This document shows, in pieces, positions 14,551-32,376 of a stretch of DNA of 64,000 bases. Position numbers and translations under genes: made by a program. The notes beneath the pieces are model-generated. The model made no database searches. It saw only the letters and a program-made list of their open reading frames with translations, and was not told the origin of the DNA. Origin of the DNA: Escherichia phage VpaE1_ev78; the sequence record LR597663; one strand, given 5' to 3'. How positions within the stretch are numbered: position 1 is the first letter of the stretch; each line of letters begins with the position of its first letter.

Positions 14551-15657
14551 ATGTTGACTAATTCTGAAAAAAGCAGATTTTTCCTTGCTGACCTGACTGG
14601 TGAAGTCCAGTCTATCCCAAACACTTATGGGTATATTTCCAACTTAGGTCTATTCCGTTCAGCACCAATCACCCAAACTACTTTCCTTATGGACTTGACT
14701 GATTGGGATGTTAGCTTGCTTGATGCGGTAGACCGTGATAGCCGTAAAGCAGAGACTAGCGCACCTGAGCGTGTTCGTCAAATCAGCTTCCCAATGATGT
14801 ACTTCAAAGAAGTTGAAAGCATTACTCCTGATGAGATTCAGGGTGTACGTCAGCCAGGCACTGCAAACGAACTGACTACTGAAGCTGTAGTACGTGCTAA
14901 GAAGCTGATGAAGATTCGTACCAAGTTCGATATTACTCGTGAGTTCCTGTTTATGCAAGCTCTGAAGGGTAAAGTTGTTGATGCTCGTGGTACTCTGTAC
15001 GCTGACCTGTACAAGCAGTTCGACGTTGAGAAGAAGACTATTTACTTCGACCTTGACAATCCTAATGCTGATATCGACGCTTCTATTGAAGAACTGCGTA
15101 TGCACATGGAAGATGAAGCTAAGACTGGCACTGTAATCAACGGTGAAGAGATTCACGTAGTTGTTGACCGTGTATTCTTCAGCAAACTGGTTAAGCATCC
15201 TAAGATTCGTGATGCTTATCTTGCACAGCAGACTCCACTGGCTTGGCAACAGATTACTGGTTCTCTGAGAACTGGTGGTGCTGACGGCGTTCAGGCTCAT
15301 ATGAATACTTTCTACTACGGTGGTGTTAAGTTTGTCCAGTACAACGGTAAGTTCAAAGACAAGCGTGGTAAGGTTCACACTCTGGTTAGCATTGACAGCG
15401 TAGCAGACACTGTTGGTGTTGGTCATGCTTTCCCTAACGTAGCTATGCTGGGTGAAGCTAACAACATCTTCGAAGTTGCATATGGTCCATGTCCTAAGAT
15501 GGGTTACGCAAATACACTTGGTCAGGAACTGTACGTATTCGAATACGAAAAAGACCGTGACGAAGGTATTGACTTCGAAGCTCACTCTTACATGCTGCCA
15601 TACTGTACTCGTCCTCAGTTGCTGGTAGATGTTCGCGCTGACGCTAAAGGCGAATGA
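14551..15657 (+). CDS. major capsid protein (lambda gpE-like family)
   Basis: 368 aa; position after protease and decoration gene; codon usage shifted toward highly expressed pattern (CTG, CGT, GGT, ACT). Confidence 0.75.
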   Translation: MLTNSEKSRFFLADLTGEVQSIPNTYGYISNLGLFRSAPITQTTFLMDLTDWDVSLLDAVDRDSRKAETSAPERVRQISFPMMYFKEVESITPDEIQGVRQPGTANELTTEAVVRAKKLMKIRTKFDITREFLFMQALKGKVVDARGTLYADLYKQFDVEKKTIYFDLDNPNADIDASIEELRMHMEDEAKTGTVINGEEIHVVVDRVFFSKLVKHPKIRDAYLAQQTPLAWQQITGSLRTGGADGVQAHMNTFYYGGVKFVQYNGKFKDKRGKVHTLVSIDSVADTVGVGHAFPNVAMLGEANNIFEVAYGPCPKMGYANTLGQELYVFEYEKDRDEGIDFEAHSYMLPYCTRPQLLVDVRADAKGE

Positions 15658-15678
15658 TATTCTTAAGGAGGGTTATGA

Positions 15679-16128
15679 ATGTGTTATACAGGCGACCCAG
15701 CCAATAACCCTCTTGATAGAGTAAGAATCCTCTGCACAGACACCAATAATGATGAAATTCTTATTGAACAGTCTGTGCTAGAGTGGTTCTATCTAGAATC
15801 TGGAAAGGATGAAAAGAAAGCAGCCATCAAAGCTCTTAAATATTTACTCTTTCAAGTAGCCAAGATGGGAGATGAGAAGGTTGGTGGTGTTTATTTACGT
15901 AACTCTTCCAGATTCAAATCTCTGAAAGCTGTTTATGACGACCTTGTTAAAAGCTCTGTTTCAGGACTACCCTATGCAGGTGGTATTAATCAGTGTGACA
16001 TTGATATGCGTCGTCAGAATCCTTGCTCTGTCAAGAAATACACAGAATATGGTGATGCTGCCAGATACGAAGGCAGAGATTACTGCAACCGTGTTAATGG
16101 CGTATTTATTATCGAGCGAGATGAATAA
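15679..16128 (+). CDS. head completion / head-tail connector protein (putative)
   Basis: RBS AAGGAGGG; position after capsid gene. Confidence 0.45.
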   Translation: MCYTGDPANNPLDRVRILCTDTNNDEILIEQSVLEWFYLESGKDEKKAAIKALKYLLFQVAKMGDEKVGGVYLRNSSRFKSLKAVYDDLVKSSVSGLPYAGGINQCDIDMRRQNPCSVKKYTEYGDAARYEGRDYCNRVNGVFIIERDE

Positions 16129-16610
16129 TGGTTAAAAGGGTTATTCACCCCGCTAGAGCAAAATTAGTCGGGGCTATGAAGAACTTGCAAACGGCTAATG
16201 CTCAAGTTGGGTATTTTCAAGAACAAGGTCAACATAGCTCTGGTTTTTCTTATCCTGCTTTAATGTATTTACAAGAAGTTATTGGGGTTCCTTCAGCTTC
16301 TGGTAAAGTATATCGTAGGTTGTTTGAAATCACTATGATGCTAAACAGACAGACCTTGTTAGAGCAGACTAAGAAGAATCTATATAAGCAACTTAGCAGT
16401 CTCAACACAGACCCTTCAAATACCTTAGAAGCATTTGCAAAGAATGCTCAAAAGGCAATTAAAAGGGGTTTTGGTAATTCTGCTATCCTCCCTCCTAACG
16501 CACCTTCCACAGTCAAGAAAAAAGGCTTTAATGCACCTCTTGTTGAGACAGGTGACTTAAGAGATAACCTTGCTTATAAAATTTCTACTAAGAAGGGTAT
16601 TAAGAAATGA
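16128..16610 (+). CDS. head-tail joining protein (putative)
   Basis: Coupled ORF (ATGA overlap) in connector region. Confidence 0.45.
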   Translation: MVKRVIHPARAKLVGAMKNLQTANAQVGYFQEQGQHSSGFSYPALMYLQEVIGVPSASGKVYRRLFEITMMLNRQTLLEQTKKNLYKQLSSLNTDPSNTLEAFAKNAQKAIKRGFGNSAILPPNAPSTVKKKGFNAPLVETGDLRDNLAYKISTKKGIKK

Positions 16611-17008
16611 GACTCTTAAACAGACACAGCTTTGTAGTAAAGCGTAAAGTCTCTGAAGACGGTTATTATAATGATGATGGTGATTGGGTAGCTTCACAAG
16701 ATATTGTAGAGGTTAACTGTAAAGGTAATATCCAGCCATATATCAAAGGTTCTGTAAAGAATGGTACACAGATTGCTTTACCGGAAGGTATTAGACTAAC
16801 CGATACAAGAATCCTGTATACTACATATAAACTTAGAACTTCAGATGATGTAGAGTGGAATGAGTCTGATATTGTTATGATTGATGGTCATGAGTATGAA
16901 GTATTTATGACTATGGATTGGTCACAGCAATTAGCCCATACATCCCATTATGAATATATCATTATTAGAAGGGATAAAATGAATGCAGTTAGAAACAGCA
17001 GAACTTGA
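16607..17008 (+). CDS. tail completion protein (putative)
   Basis: Coupled ORF. Confidence 0.4.
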   Translation: MRLLNRHSFVVKRKVSEDGYYNDDGDWVASQDIVEVNCKGNIQPYIKGSVKNGTQIALPEGIRLTDTRILYTTYKLRTSDDVEWNESDIVMIDGHEYEVFMTMDWSQQLAHTSHYEYIIIRRDKMNAVRNSRT

Positions 17009-17582
17009 AAAAGGTCTAGTTAGAACCTTAGTGGATGTTATTGGTCACAGATTAGCTCGTGATAAAAATAATAGACCAAACGTAATTAGAGCTTACCCTT
17101 CTGATAACTCAAATGACAAAGGTTTAAAACCTGACCAGCCATTTATTACCGTATATTGTCAAGATGCTGCAACACCTTATGGTTGGGTTCTTGATAAGTT
17201 TGTTGAAGATGATGTAGTTTGTTACAGAATCGCTTTTCAGATTCCTGTATTGATTACGGTAAATGGTAAAGGTGCTCACAGTATTATGCTTGAGCTTAAA
17301 CAAAGATTAGAGATGAGTTCAGTCAGAGATTTAATCCTTGAAGAAACAGGAGCTACAGTATTAGACACTGGAGCAATCCCTAACGATTACACTTATCTCA
17401 ATACAGATTTCGAAAATTCTGCGCCTCTTGTTGTAACTCTTGTAAAAAACTCAGTCCTGAAAGATGAACGTGGAAGTATTATTGAGCGTGTCATTGTTGA
17501 TGGTGAGTTGGTTTATGAAGAAGGGCAAGAGCCACCAGAATATACTATCCATCTAGATGTAGACTCCAAAGGGGTAAAATAA
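16983..17582 (+). CDS. tail terminator / sheath stabiliser (putative)
   Basis: ORF immediately upstream of sheath gene. Confidence 0.4.
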   Translation: MQLETAELEKGLVRTLVDVIGHRLARDKNNRPNVIRAYPSDNSNDKGLKPDQPFITVYCQDAATPYGWVLDKFVEDDVVCYRIAFQIPVLITVNGKGAHSIMLELKQRLEMSSVRDLILEETGATVLDTGAIPNDYTYLNTDFENSAPLVVTLVKNSVLKDERGSIIERVIVDGELVYEEGQEPPEYTIHLDVDSKGVK

Positions 17583-18935
17583 ATGTGGAATCCAATTGTT
17601 AATGTAGGTATTACATTGAACACCGCAGGAACTACAAGAGAAGGTTTTGGTTTGCCACTATTCTTAGCTTCAACAGATAACTTTGAAGAAAGAGTGCGTG
17701 GTTATACTTCCTTAACTGAAGTTGCTGAAGATTTCGATGAGAATACTGCTGCATATAAGGCTGCTAAACAACTTTGGAGTCAGACTCCTAAAGTAACTCA
17801 GCTTTATATTGGTAGACGCGCTATGCAGTACACTGTATCAATTCCTGATGAGGTTACTGAGAGCACGGACTACTCAATTACTGTAGCTGTCGGTGGGGGA
17901 ATGTCACAACCATTCCAGTACACCTCACAAGGTGAAGATACTGCCGAGAATGTATTACAACAGTTTAAAACACAGATTGAAGCTGACCAATCAATTAAAG
18001 ATAAAGTTTCAGTCAATGTTACTGGTAGCAACGGTTCTGCCACAATGGTCATCTCCAAAGCTGGTGACAATGATTTCGTGAAGGTAACCACTACAGCACA
18101 AACTGTGTCTATTGCAAGCACAACTGCTGATACAGCGTCAACTGCTCTGGCAGCTATTGAAGCTTATTCTACCGACTGGTATTTCATTGCAGCAGAAGGC
18201 AGAACTCAACAGTTTGTTTTGGCAATGGCTTCTGAGATTCAGGCTCGTAAGAAAATCTTCTTCACAGCTAACTCTGATGTAGCAGCACTGCAAGGTACAG
18301 AATTAAATAGTGCAAATGATGTTCCAGCACAGCTTGCTAAGAGTATGTATACTCGCACAGTTTGCTTGTGGCATCACACAGCGGCAGAAGATTATCCAGA
18401 GATGGCATATATTGCTTATGGCGCTCCATACGATGCAGGGTCAATTGCTTGGGGTAATGCTCAGTTGACTGGTGTAGCTGCTTCTTTACAGCCAGCTAAT
18501 AAGAGACCTCTGACAAGCATTCAGAAGTCAGCTTTAGATGTACGTCACTGTAACTTTATCGACCTTGATGGTGGTGTTCCAGTGGTTCGTAGAGGGATTA
18601 CTTCTGGTGGGGAATGGATTGATATCGTCCGTGGTGTTGACTGGTTAGAATCAGACCTGAAAACTTCTCTGAGAGACTTGCTAATTAACCAGAAGGGTGG
18701 TAAGATTACTTATGATGATACTGGTATTACCCGTATTCGTCAAGTCATTGAAACCTCTCTACAAAGAGCAGTCAACAGAAACTTCCTGTCATCTTACACA
18801 GTTAATGTTCCTAAAGCCTCTCAAGTTGCTTTGGCAGACAAGAAAGCTCGTATCCTGAAAGATGTTACCTTCGCAGGTATCTTAGCAGGGGCTATCTTGG
18901 ATGTTGACTTGAAAGGTACAGTGGCTTACGAATAA
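17583..18935 (+). CDS. tail sheath protein (putative)
   Basis: 450 aa; followed by 148-aa tube candidate, chaperone pair and tape measure in canonical contractile-tail order. Confidence 0.55.
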   Translation: MWNPIVNVGITLNTAGTTREGFGLPLFLASTDNFEERVRGYTSLTEVAEDFDENTAAYKAAKQLWSQTPKVTQLYIGRRAMQYTVSIPDEVTESTDYSITVAVGGGMSQPFQYTSQGEDTAENVLQQFKTQIEADQSIKDKVSVNVTGSNGSATMVISKAGDNDFVKVTTTAQTVSIASTTADTASTALAAIEAYSTDWYFIAAEGRTQQFVLAMASEIQARKKIFFTANSDVAALQGTELNSANDVPAQLAKSMYTRTVCLWHHTAAEDYPEMAYIAYGAPYDAGSIAWGNAQLTGVAASLQPANKRPLTSIQKSALDVRHCNFIDLDGGVPVVRRGITSGGEWIDIVRGVDWLESDLKTSLRDLLINQKGGKITYDDTGITRIRQVIETSLQRAVNRNFLSSYTVNVPKASQVALADKKARILKDVTFAGILAGAILDVDLKGTVAYE

Positions 18936-18950
18936 TAGAGGTAAATTGGA

Positions 18951-19397
18951 ATGGCTATGTATCAGCAATATTCCCCTAAAGACGTTGTATGTAGCTGGAA
19001 TGGTATTGCCATTGAAGGCTTTGCCCCAGACTCATTTTTACGTCTACAGAGAACATCACCACTTATCACACCAGTTGTAGGTGCAGGTGGTCAGGTTGCT
19101 CTGACAAGAAATGCAGACAAGACAGGTACTATTGAGATTGAGCTAATGCAGACTTCTCTCTCTAACCAGATGCTTTCTGCAATTCAAGCTAAACAAGACA
19201 ACATGGAACTTGAAGAAGATATCTCTTCTAACTTCGTAATCTACGACCCATCAGGCTCTGTTCTGGCAACTGGTATTAATGCTTGGTTGCAGGAATTACC
19301 ACAGATTGAACTTGGGCGTGACCAGAACTCTAAAACTTGGATTTTTGGTTGTGAGAAGCTAGACTACACTTCTACAATTCCAGCGTCAAGTGTTTAA
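18951..19397 (+). CDS. tail tube protein (putative)
   Basis: 148 aa ORF after sheath; strong terminator immediately downstream. Confidence 0.5.
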   Translation: MAMYQQYSPKDVVCSWNGIAIEGFAPDSFLRLQRTSPLITPVVGAGGQVALTRNADKTGTIEIELMQTSLSNQMLSAIQAKQDNMELEEDISSNFVIYDPSGSVLATGINAWLQELPQIELGRDQNSKTWIFGCEKLDYTSTIPASSV

Positions 19398-19410
19398 TAA
19401 ATCCTATAAG

Positions 19411-19442
19411 GGGGAGACTTTAAAAGGTCTTCCCCTTTTTTG
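19411..19442 (+). terminator. intrinsic terminator (GGGGAGAC...GTCTTCCCC plus TTTTTT)
   Basis: GC-rich hairpin and T-run after tube gene. Confidence 0.7.
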
Positions 19443-19470
19443 TTTCTTTTAAAAGTATTAAGGAATCACA

Positions 19471-19869
19471 ATGAAAACAGAATCTAAAGTAATTAATGGT
19501 AAGAAAGTAAATATCGTTCTGCTTGGGGCAAGAGATGGGATTAAGATGTCTATGAAGCTGGGTAAAATTGTTGTTCCAACATTTGCACAGATGCTGTCAA
19601 GTCTGACTGACAAGGGTAAGAAAGAAGCTCCAATGGTTCCATTTAAAGAACTTGTTGAAGCTTGTTTTGACAGAATTGAAGAAATTAACCTTGAAGAAAT
19701 GGCTACCCTGTTATTTCAAGGGGCAACTGTTGATGACTTCCCACTTAATATTGATACATACTTCCAAGCAAACTATGGTGAATTTATTGATTACTTAGCA
19801 TTTGCGCTGGAGGCAAACTTCGGAAGTTTTTTCGAAGCAAGCATTTTCAAAAGCCTAACTTCTCAGTAA
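19471..19869 (+). CDS. tail assembly chaperone (G-like)
   Basis: Position between tube and tape measure; contains slippery heptamer near 3-prime end. Confidence 0.55.
   Translation: MKTESKVINGKKVNIVLLGARDGIKMSMKLGKIVVPTFAQMLSSLTDKGKKEAPMVPFKELVEACFDRIEEINLEEMATLLFQGATVDDFPLNIDTYFQANYGEFIDYLAFALEANFGSFFEASIFKSLTSQ
19827..19833 (+). other. -1 programmed ribosomal frameshift site T_TTT_TTC (slippery heptamer)
   Basis: Heptamer in zero frame of 19471..19869 (codons AGT TTT TTC); the -1 frame is open from 19833 into ORF 19872..20111. Confidence 0.55.
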
Positions 19870-19871
19870 AC

Positions 19872-20110
19872 ATGGGTAACACTCTACAGACACCACTGAC
19901 TGATGCTGCTGTAGAGGCAACCTATGAAGAAGCAGACGAGATGAAATTTGTGCTTGCTATTTATGGTATGGAAGGGTGTAAAGAAACACTTGACCAACTC
20001 TTTGCTATGACATTCTCTGATTTATTATCATTGAGACAATTTCTTGAAATTCAGAGGTCGTATAAAGAGGAAATTGCTTACAACGAACTTAGAAGAGCAG
20101 GAAAAATGTA

Positions 20111-20111
<1 letters not shown>
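19872..20111 (+). CDS. tail assembly chaperone frameshift extension (GT-like C-terminal part)
   Basis: ORF in -1 frame relative to upstream chaperone, open across the junction. Confidence 0.5.
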
Positions 20112-28109
<7,998 letters not shown>

Positions 28110-28111
28110 TA

Positions 28112-29299
28112 ATGGCGGTAGGTGAAATTCAAATTAGTGCCTTGCCTCAAGCAGCCTTACCAATTGACCTTAGTGATATCTTCCATCTTAAGCAGGGTAT
28201 TGAGGATAAGAGATGTACTCTTGAGCAATTACTTGCTCCACACTCAAGCCTAAGAAATAACCCTCATGGTGTTACTAAAACACAAATTGGTTTAGATAAC
28301 GTTATCAATGCTCTTCAGTTAGTTGCTGCAAATAACTTATCAGACGTTACTAATGTAGCTCAGGCAAGAGCAAATCTACAGATTATGTCTTCAGAAGAGG
28401 TTAATAATCTTGTTCAACAGCATATTCAGGACAAGAGCAACCCACATAATACAACTAAGGCACAGGTAGGGTTGAGTAATGTTCAGAACTGGACAACATC
28501 TAACCTTTATAATGAAGATGCAGATAAGTATGCTACAGCAAGAGCAGTAAATAACTTGTACAAGGCTGTTCAGGCTTCCTATCCAGTAGGTACTATCCAT
28601 CTTTCCATGAACTCTGCAAACCCTTCTACATATTTAATTTGTGGAGGAACTTGGGAGTTAGTTTCAAAAGGTAGAGCATTGGTTGGTTATGACTCTGACA
28701 CAAGACCAGCAGGTTCTGTATTTGGTGCTTCAACTGTCACTTTGTCAGTTAATAACATGCCTCAACACTCTCACTCTGTGTCTCTTAGTGGTGGTGGTCA
28801 TACTCATAATGCAACGGTGTCAATTTCAACTTTTGATTATGGAACTAAGACTACCAATTCTTTTGACTATGGAACAAAGACTACTAACACAACAGGTAAC
28901 CACAACCATGTTGGTAGTGGGTCAACAAGTACTGCTGGTGCTCACAACCACAGATTGACACATGAAGCAGGCGGTGGCCTATCGGAAAGACCTGCAATGG
29001 TTTGGTCTACAAGAAATGACCAATCGTGGTACTCAGCAGATGCTGTCTGTGAAGTCGCTGGTGCACATACCCACTCTTTCAGTGTTACCACCAACACAAC
29101 TGGTAACCACAACCATACAGTAGGTATTGGTGCTCACAGCCACACAGTTGGTATTGGTTCGCATACACATAATGGTACTGTAACAGTTTCTTCTTCTGAA
29201 CATACGCATAGCGGGAACACTAATAGTGTTGGTGGAGGACAAGCTTTCAACATTGAGCAGCCATCCTTCGTACTGTATGTATGGCAGAGAACAGCTTAA
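28112..29299 (+). CDS. tail fibre protein with C-terminal reiterated HxH motifs
   Basis: Repeats GGHTHNATVS, FDYGTKTTN x2, GNHNHVG, GAHNHRL, GAHTHSF, GNHNHTVGIGAHSHTVGIGSHTHNG; C-terminus ends in the motif W..RTA, shared with the next fibre. Confidence 0.7.
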   Translation: MAVGEIQISALPQAALPIDLSDIFHLKQGIEDKRCTLEQLLAPHSSLRNNPHGVTKTQIGLDNVINALQLVAANNLSDVTNVAQARANLQIMSSEEVNNLVQQHIQDKSNPHNTTKAQVGLSNVQNWTTSNLYNEDADKYATARAVNNLYKAVQASYPVGTIHLSMNSANPSTYLICGGTWELVSKGRALVGYDSDTRPAGSVFGASTVTLSVNNMPQHSHSVSLSGGGHTHNATVSISTFDYGTKTTNSFDYGTKTTNTTGNHNHVGSGSTSTAGAHNHRLTHEAGGGLSERPAMVWSTRNDQSWYSADAVCEVAGAHTHSFSVTTNTTGNHNHTVGIGAHSHTVGIGSHTHNGTVTVSSSEHTHSGNTNSVGGGQAFNIEQPSFVLYVWQRTA

Positions 29300-29308
29300 T
29301 TTCTTTAC

Positions 29309-29330
29309 AGGGGCTTTATAGCCCCTTTTA
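29309..29330 (+). terminator. weak intrinsic terminator (AGGGGCT-TTATA-AGCCCCT plus TTTT)
   Basis: Hairpin between the two fibre genes. Confidence 0.45.
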
Positions 29331-29345
29331 AGAGGAAAATTTATA

Positions 29346-31694
29346 ATGGCAGACTACAAATTGAGTGAATTAAACTCAATCGACACAATCCGTTCAGATG
29401 ACCTTCTTCATGTCAGAGTTAAAAAGAGACCTGAAATGCTGGGTGATGAAGACCGTCGAATGACCTATCAAGACTTCTTAGCATCTTTTAAGCTTGAGAG
29501 ATTTGTTCAGATTGCTGGTAGCACTATGACAGGTGACTTAGGGATTGTTAAGTTACTTTATGGTGGTAAGGTAGTATTTAACCCAACAGGCTCTTCTGAG
29601 ATTAATATTGGGGATGTTTTAAAGACTTTTAAAATCAACGCAAATGGCCTTAAACTGACTATTGCAGACACTTCAAGGTCGGCAACTGTTTATCATACTC
29701 TGAATAAGCCAAGCCCTAATGAACTTGGGATGAGAACTAATGAAGAGAATGATGCAAGGTATGCAAGACTAGCTATCACAAACACATTCTCTGGAACTCA
29801 AAATATTCAAGGTGATGCTAACTTACTTCGCCTTAGAAACCAAAATGCAAATAATGCACAATATATCGAAGGTGTAAACCTAGATGGCTCGGCTAGATGG
29901 TGGGTTGGTATTGGTAGTAATGGCTCTGACGAAGTAAAGCTGTACAATAACAAATACAACTCAGCCTTGACTGTTGCAAGTAATGTCTCTGTTAATAAGT
30001 CTTTAGCAATCACTGGTCAAGTTCAACCTTCTGACTTCTCTAACTTAGATGCTAGATACTTTACTCAGACAGTAGCTAATCAGAGATTTGCACAGTTAGC
30101 TGCGAATAACAATTTCACTGGCACTAACACGTTTAGCAGAAACCTACGTATTATCAGTGACGGTGCTGCTTTAAGGTTGAAAAATGCAACAACTAGCTCA
30201 CTATACATTCAGGGTGTTGACTCTCAGAACACTAACAGGTGGTATGTAGGGAACGGGGATAACACAGCCTCTGTGCTGCTAAACAACTATGTACACGGTT
30301 CAAATATCAGGCTTGATAATGGCTATATCTCAGTCAACCAGAACTTCAGAATCACTGGTCAAGTTCAACCTTCGGATTGGACTAATATTGACTCTAGATA
30401 TATTCCGGCAGCAACTTTGAGTAACCTACCTAAGCTTAATGTTGCTAACACATTTGTGAATGTGCAAACTATTGTATCAAATAATGAAGGCGTAGTATTA
30501 AGAAACTTAACACAGGGGCAGCCACAATATATCCGTGGTGTTGATACCCAGAATGTATCTAGTTGGTGGGTAGGTGTGGGTGGCACAAATTCTACTGATG
30601 TGGCATTAAACAACAGCTACTCTGGGACTCAAATTACTCTTATGCCTTCAGCGATTAAGGCTAATAAGAACCTAACCATTACTGGTCAAGTTCAACCTTC
30701 TGATTGGTCTAACTTAGATGCTAGATATTTTGTTAAAACTCAGTTATTAAACCAATCCTTAATGACTGTTTCTGTAGATAACCTTGAAAACCCTTCAGGT
30801 TTTAATCTTGGATATTCAGGTTTTGTCAGAAACAATCAGGTTGCTAGTGGACTGAGAGAATTGGCAATTCATGTTGCTCACTCTAATAAGACTGCTGCAC
30901 ATGCAAGAGGAATCTCTTTTGTGTATGGCTCAAATGGACTGGCAACATTTACCTATGCCTATGACAAAAATGGTGACTATGCCGGAGAGGCACAGCTTTA
31001 CACAACTGATTTTAAACCAACCCCTTCAGATATCGGTGCATACACTAAAGCTGAAACTGACCAGAAGATTGCACAGGCAGTAAGTGACTCTACAGACCTT
31101 AATAAAATCTATCCAGTAGGTATTGTAACGTGGTTTAACAGTAATGTTGACCCTAATACAGCGTTGCCTGGGTTAACTTGGACGTACCTTAACAATGGTG
31201 TTGGTAGAACTATCAGGATTGCAGCAGCAAACGGTTCAGATGTTGCTACAACAGGTGGTTCAGATTCTGTGACGCTAGCTGTTGGTAACTTACCATCACA
31301 CACCCATAGTTTCTCTGCTACCACTTCATCTTTTGATTATGGTACGAAGAACACTAATAGTACTGGTGCACATACCCATTCAGTTAGTGGTACTGCTGCA
31401 TCTGCTGGGCAACACGCACACAGAATTTCACAGGGTGACAACGCTAACGTTTCATCAGGTAGAGTCGCATCTTCAAACTCTGCTCAGACCCATGTTGGTT
31501 GGACTGAAAATGATGGTGTTCACACCCACTCAGTTAGTGGTACTGCTGCATCTGCTGGTGGACATGCTCACTCTGTAGGTATTGGTGCTCATAGCCACAC
31601 AGTTAGTGGTAACACTGGTGGTACAGGTTCTGGTTCAGCATTTAGTGTTACTAACCAGTTCTACAAGTTAATGGCTTGGGTAAGAACTGCTTAA
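29346..31694 (+). CDS. large tail fibre protein with three internal repeat modules and C-terminal HxH region
   Basis: Three copies of ITGQVQPSD(F/W)(S/T)N(L/I)D(A/S)RY module; C-terminal FDYGTKNTN, GAHTHSV, GQHAHR, GGHAHSVGIGAHSHTV; ends with the motif W.RTA. Confidence 0.75.
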   Translation: MADYKLSELNSIDTIRSDDLLHVRVKKRPEMLGDEDRRMTYQDFLASFKLERFVQIAGSTMTGDLGIVKLLYGGKVVFNPTGSSEINIGDVLKTFKINANGLKLTIADTSRSATVYHTLNKPSPNELGMRTNEENDARYARLAITNTFSGTQNIQGDANLLRLRNQNANNAQYIEGVNLDGSARWWVGIGSNGSDEVKLYNNKYNSALTVASNVSVNKSLAITGQVQPSDFSNLDARYFTQTVANQRFAQLAANNNFTGTNTFSRNLRIISDGAALRLKNATTSSLYIQGVDSQNTNRWYVGNGDNTASVLLNNYVHGSNIRLDNGYISVNQNFRITGQVQPSDWTNIDSRYIPAATLSNLPKLNVANTFVNVQTIVSNNEGVVLRNLTQGQPQYIRGVDTQNVSSWWVGVGGTNSTDVALNNSYSGTQITLMPSAIKANKNLTITGQVQPSDWSNLDARYFVKTQLLNQSLMTVSVDNLENPSGFNLGYSGFVRNNQVASGLRELAIHVAHSNKTAAHARGISFVYGSNGLATFTYAYDKNGDYAGEAQLYTTDFKPTPSDIGAYTKAETDQKIAQAVSDSTDLNKIYPVGIVTWFNSNVDPNTALPGLTWTYLNNGVGRTIRIAAANGSDVATTGGSDSVTLAVGNLPSHTHSFSATTSSFDYGTKNTNSTGAHTHSVSGTAASAGQHAHRISQGDNANVSSGRVASSNSAQTHVGWTENDGVHTHSVSGTAASAGGHAHSVGIGAHSHTVSGNTGGTGSGSAFSVTNQFYKLMAWVRTA
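30011..30730 (+). repeat. three direct repeats of about 50 nt (ACTGGTCAAGTTCAACCTTC...) spaced roughly 330 bp apart inside the fibre gene
   Basis: Near-identical nucleotide segments at about 30011, 30353 and 30680. Confidence 0.7.
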
Positions 31695-31773
31695 TCCCTT
31701 GTTGACTGATTGTTAAGATGGTGTTAATATTCTTTATGGGTATTCTCACCATCTTGGCTGATGAGGTGATTAA

Positions 31774-31968
31774 ATGCCTACAATCCTAGCAATTCTTCTA
31801 AAAAATCTAGGTAGCTTCTTCTGGAAACTCATTTTATCCCTTCTAAGTGAATACATGATTGAGAAAGTGTTCTTTAAGCTTGCAAGATACCTTGCGAGTA
31901 AAACAGACACGCCTATTGATGATGAGTTCGTAGATAACTTAGAAAAAGCTTTTAAGGGGGAGAAATAA
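31774..31968 (+). CDS. small membrane protein (holin-like candidate)
   Basis: 64 aa with hydrophobic N-terminal segment and charged C-terminus; follows tail fibres. Confidence 0.4.
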   Translation: MPTILAILLKNLGSFFWKLILSLLSEYMIEKVFFKLARYLASKTDTPIDDEFVDNLEKAFKGEK

Positions 31969-32340
31969 ATGAAGTGGCTAGAGGAAGCTTTTAAAAATAA
32001 TATTGGTGCAATTGTAGTTGGTATTTTTAGTGTTATTGGGATGTATACCACTATGCAAGTTTCAAGTGGTAAGCAAGAAGTGTCTGTCACAACAAAGTTA
32101 CAGCAGCTAGATAATTATTCCAAAAGTAACTATTCAGCTATTCGTGATTTACAGTCTGACATGAGACTGATTCAGCTAGGGATGGAGAACCAGAAAGTTC
32201 AGTTAGAGAATGTTAAGGGTGAAAACGCAAAACTTACCAAAACTCTTGATAAATTCTCTGACAGTGTGAACAATCTGGCTCAATCAGTATCAGCCCTCCA
32301 AGCTATTACTGAAAAGAACACAAAGAATACTGAAAAATAA
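31969..32340 (+). CDS. membrane-anchored coiled-coil protein (123 aa)
   Basis: N-terminal TM IGAIVVGIFSVIGMY followed by coiled coil; last gene before convergent terminator. Confidence 0.45.
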   Translation: MKWLEEAFKNNIGAIVVGIFSVIGMYTTMQVSSGKQEVSVTTKLQQLDNYSKSNYSAIRDLQSDMRLIQLGMENQKVQLENVKGENAKLTKTLDKFSDSVNNLAQSVSALQAITEKNTKNTEK

Positions 32341-32347
32341 AGTTTAA

Positions 32348-32374
32348 GGCTCCTTTTTACGGGAGCCTTTTTTG
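32348..32374. terminator. intrinsic terminator at convergence point (GGCTCC-TTTTTA-CGGGAGCC plus TTTTTT)
   Basis: GC hairpin and T-run between plus structural operon and minus-strand thyA. Confidence 0.7.
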
Positions 32375-32376
32375 TT

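Noticed and set aside
14659-15585. 308-aa antisense ORF inside the major capsid gene
   Set aside because: Sense strand encodes a capsid protein in a conserved head-module context; antisense ORF has no RBS and is a by-product of AT-rich codon bias
28391-31578. Possible CRISPR-like or tandem repeat array suggested by reiterated nucleotide motifs
   Set aside because: Repeats are in-frame coding repeats of the tail fibre genes (HxH and ITGQVQPSD modules), with no spacer-repeat periodicity
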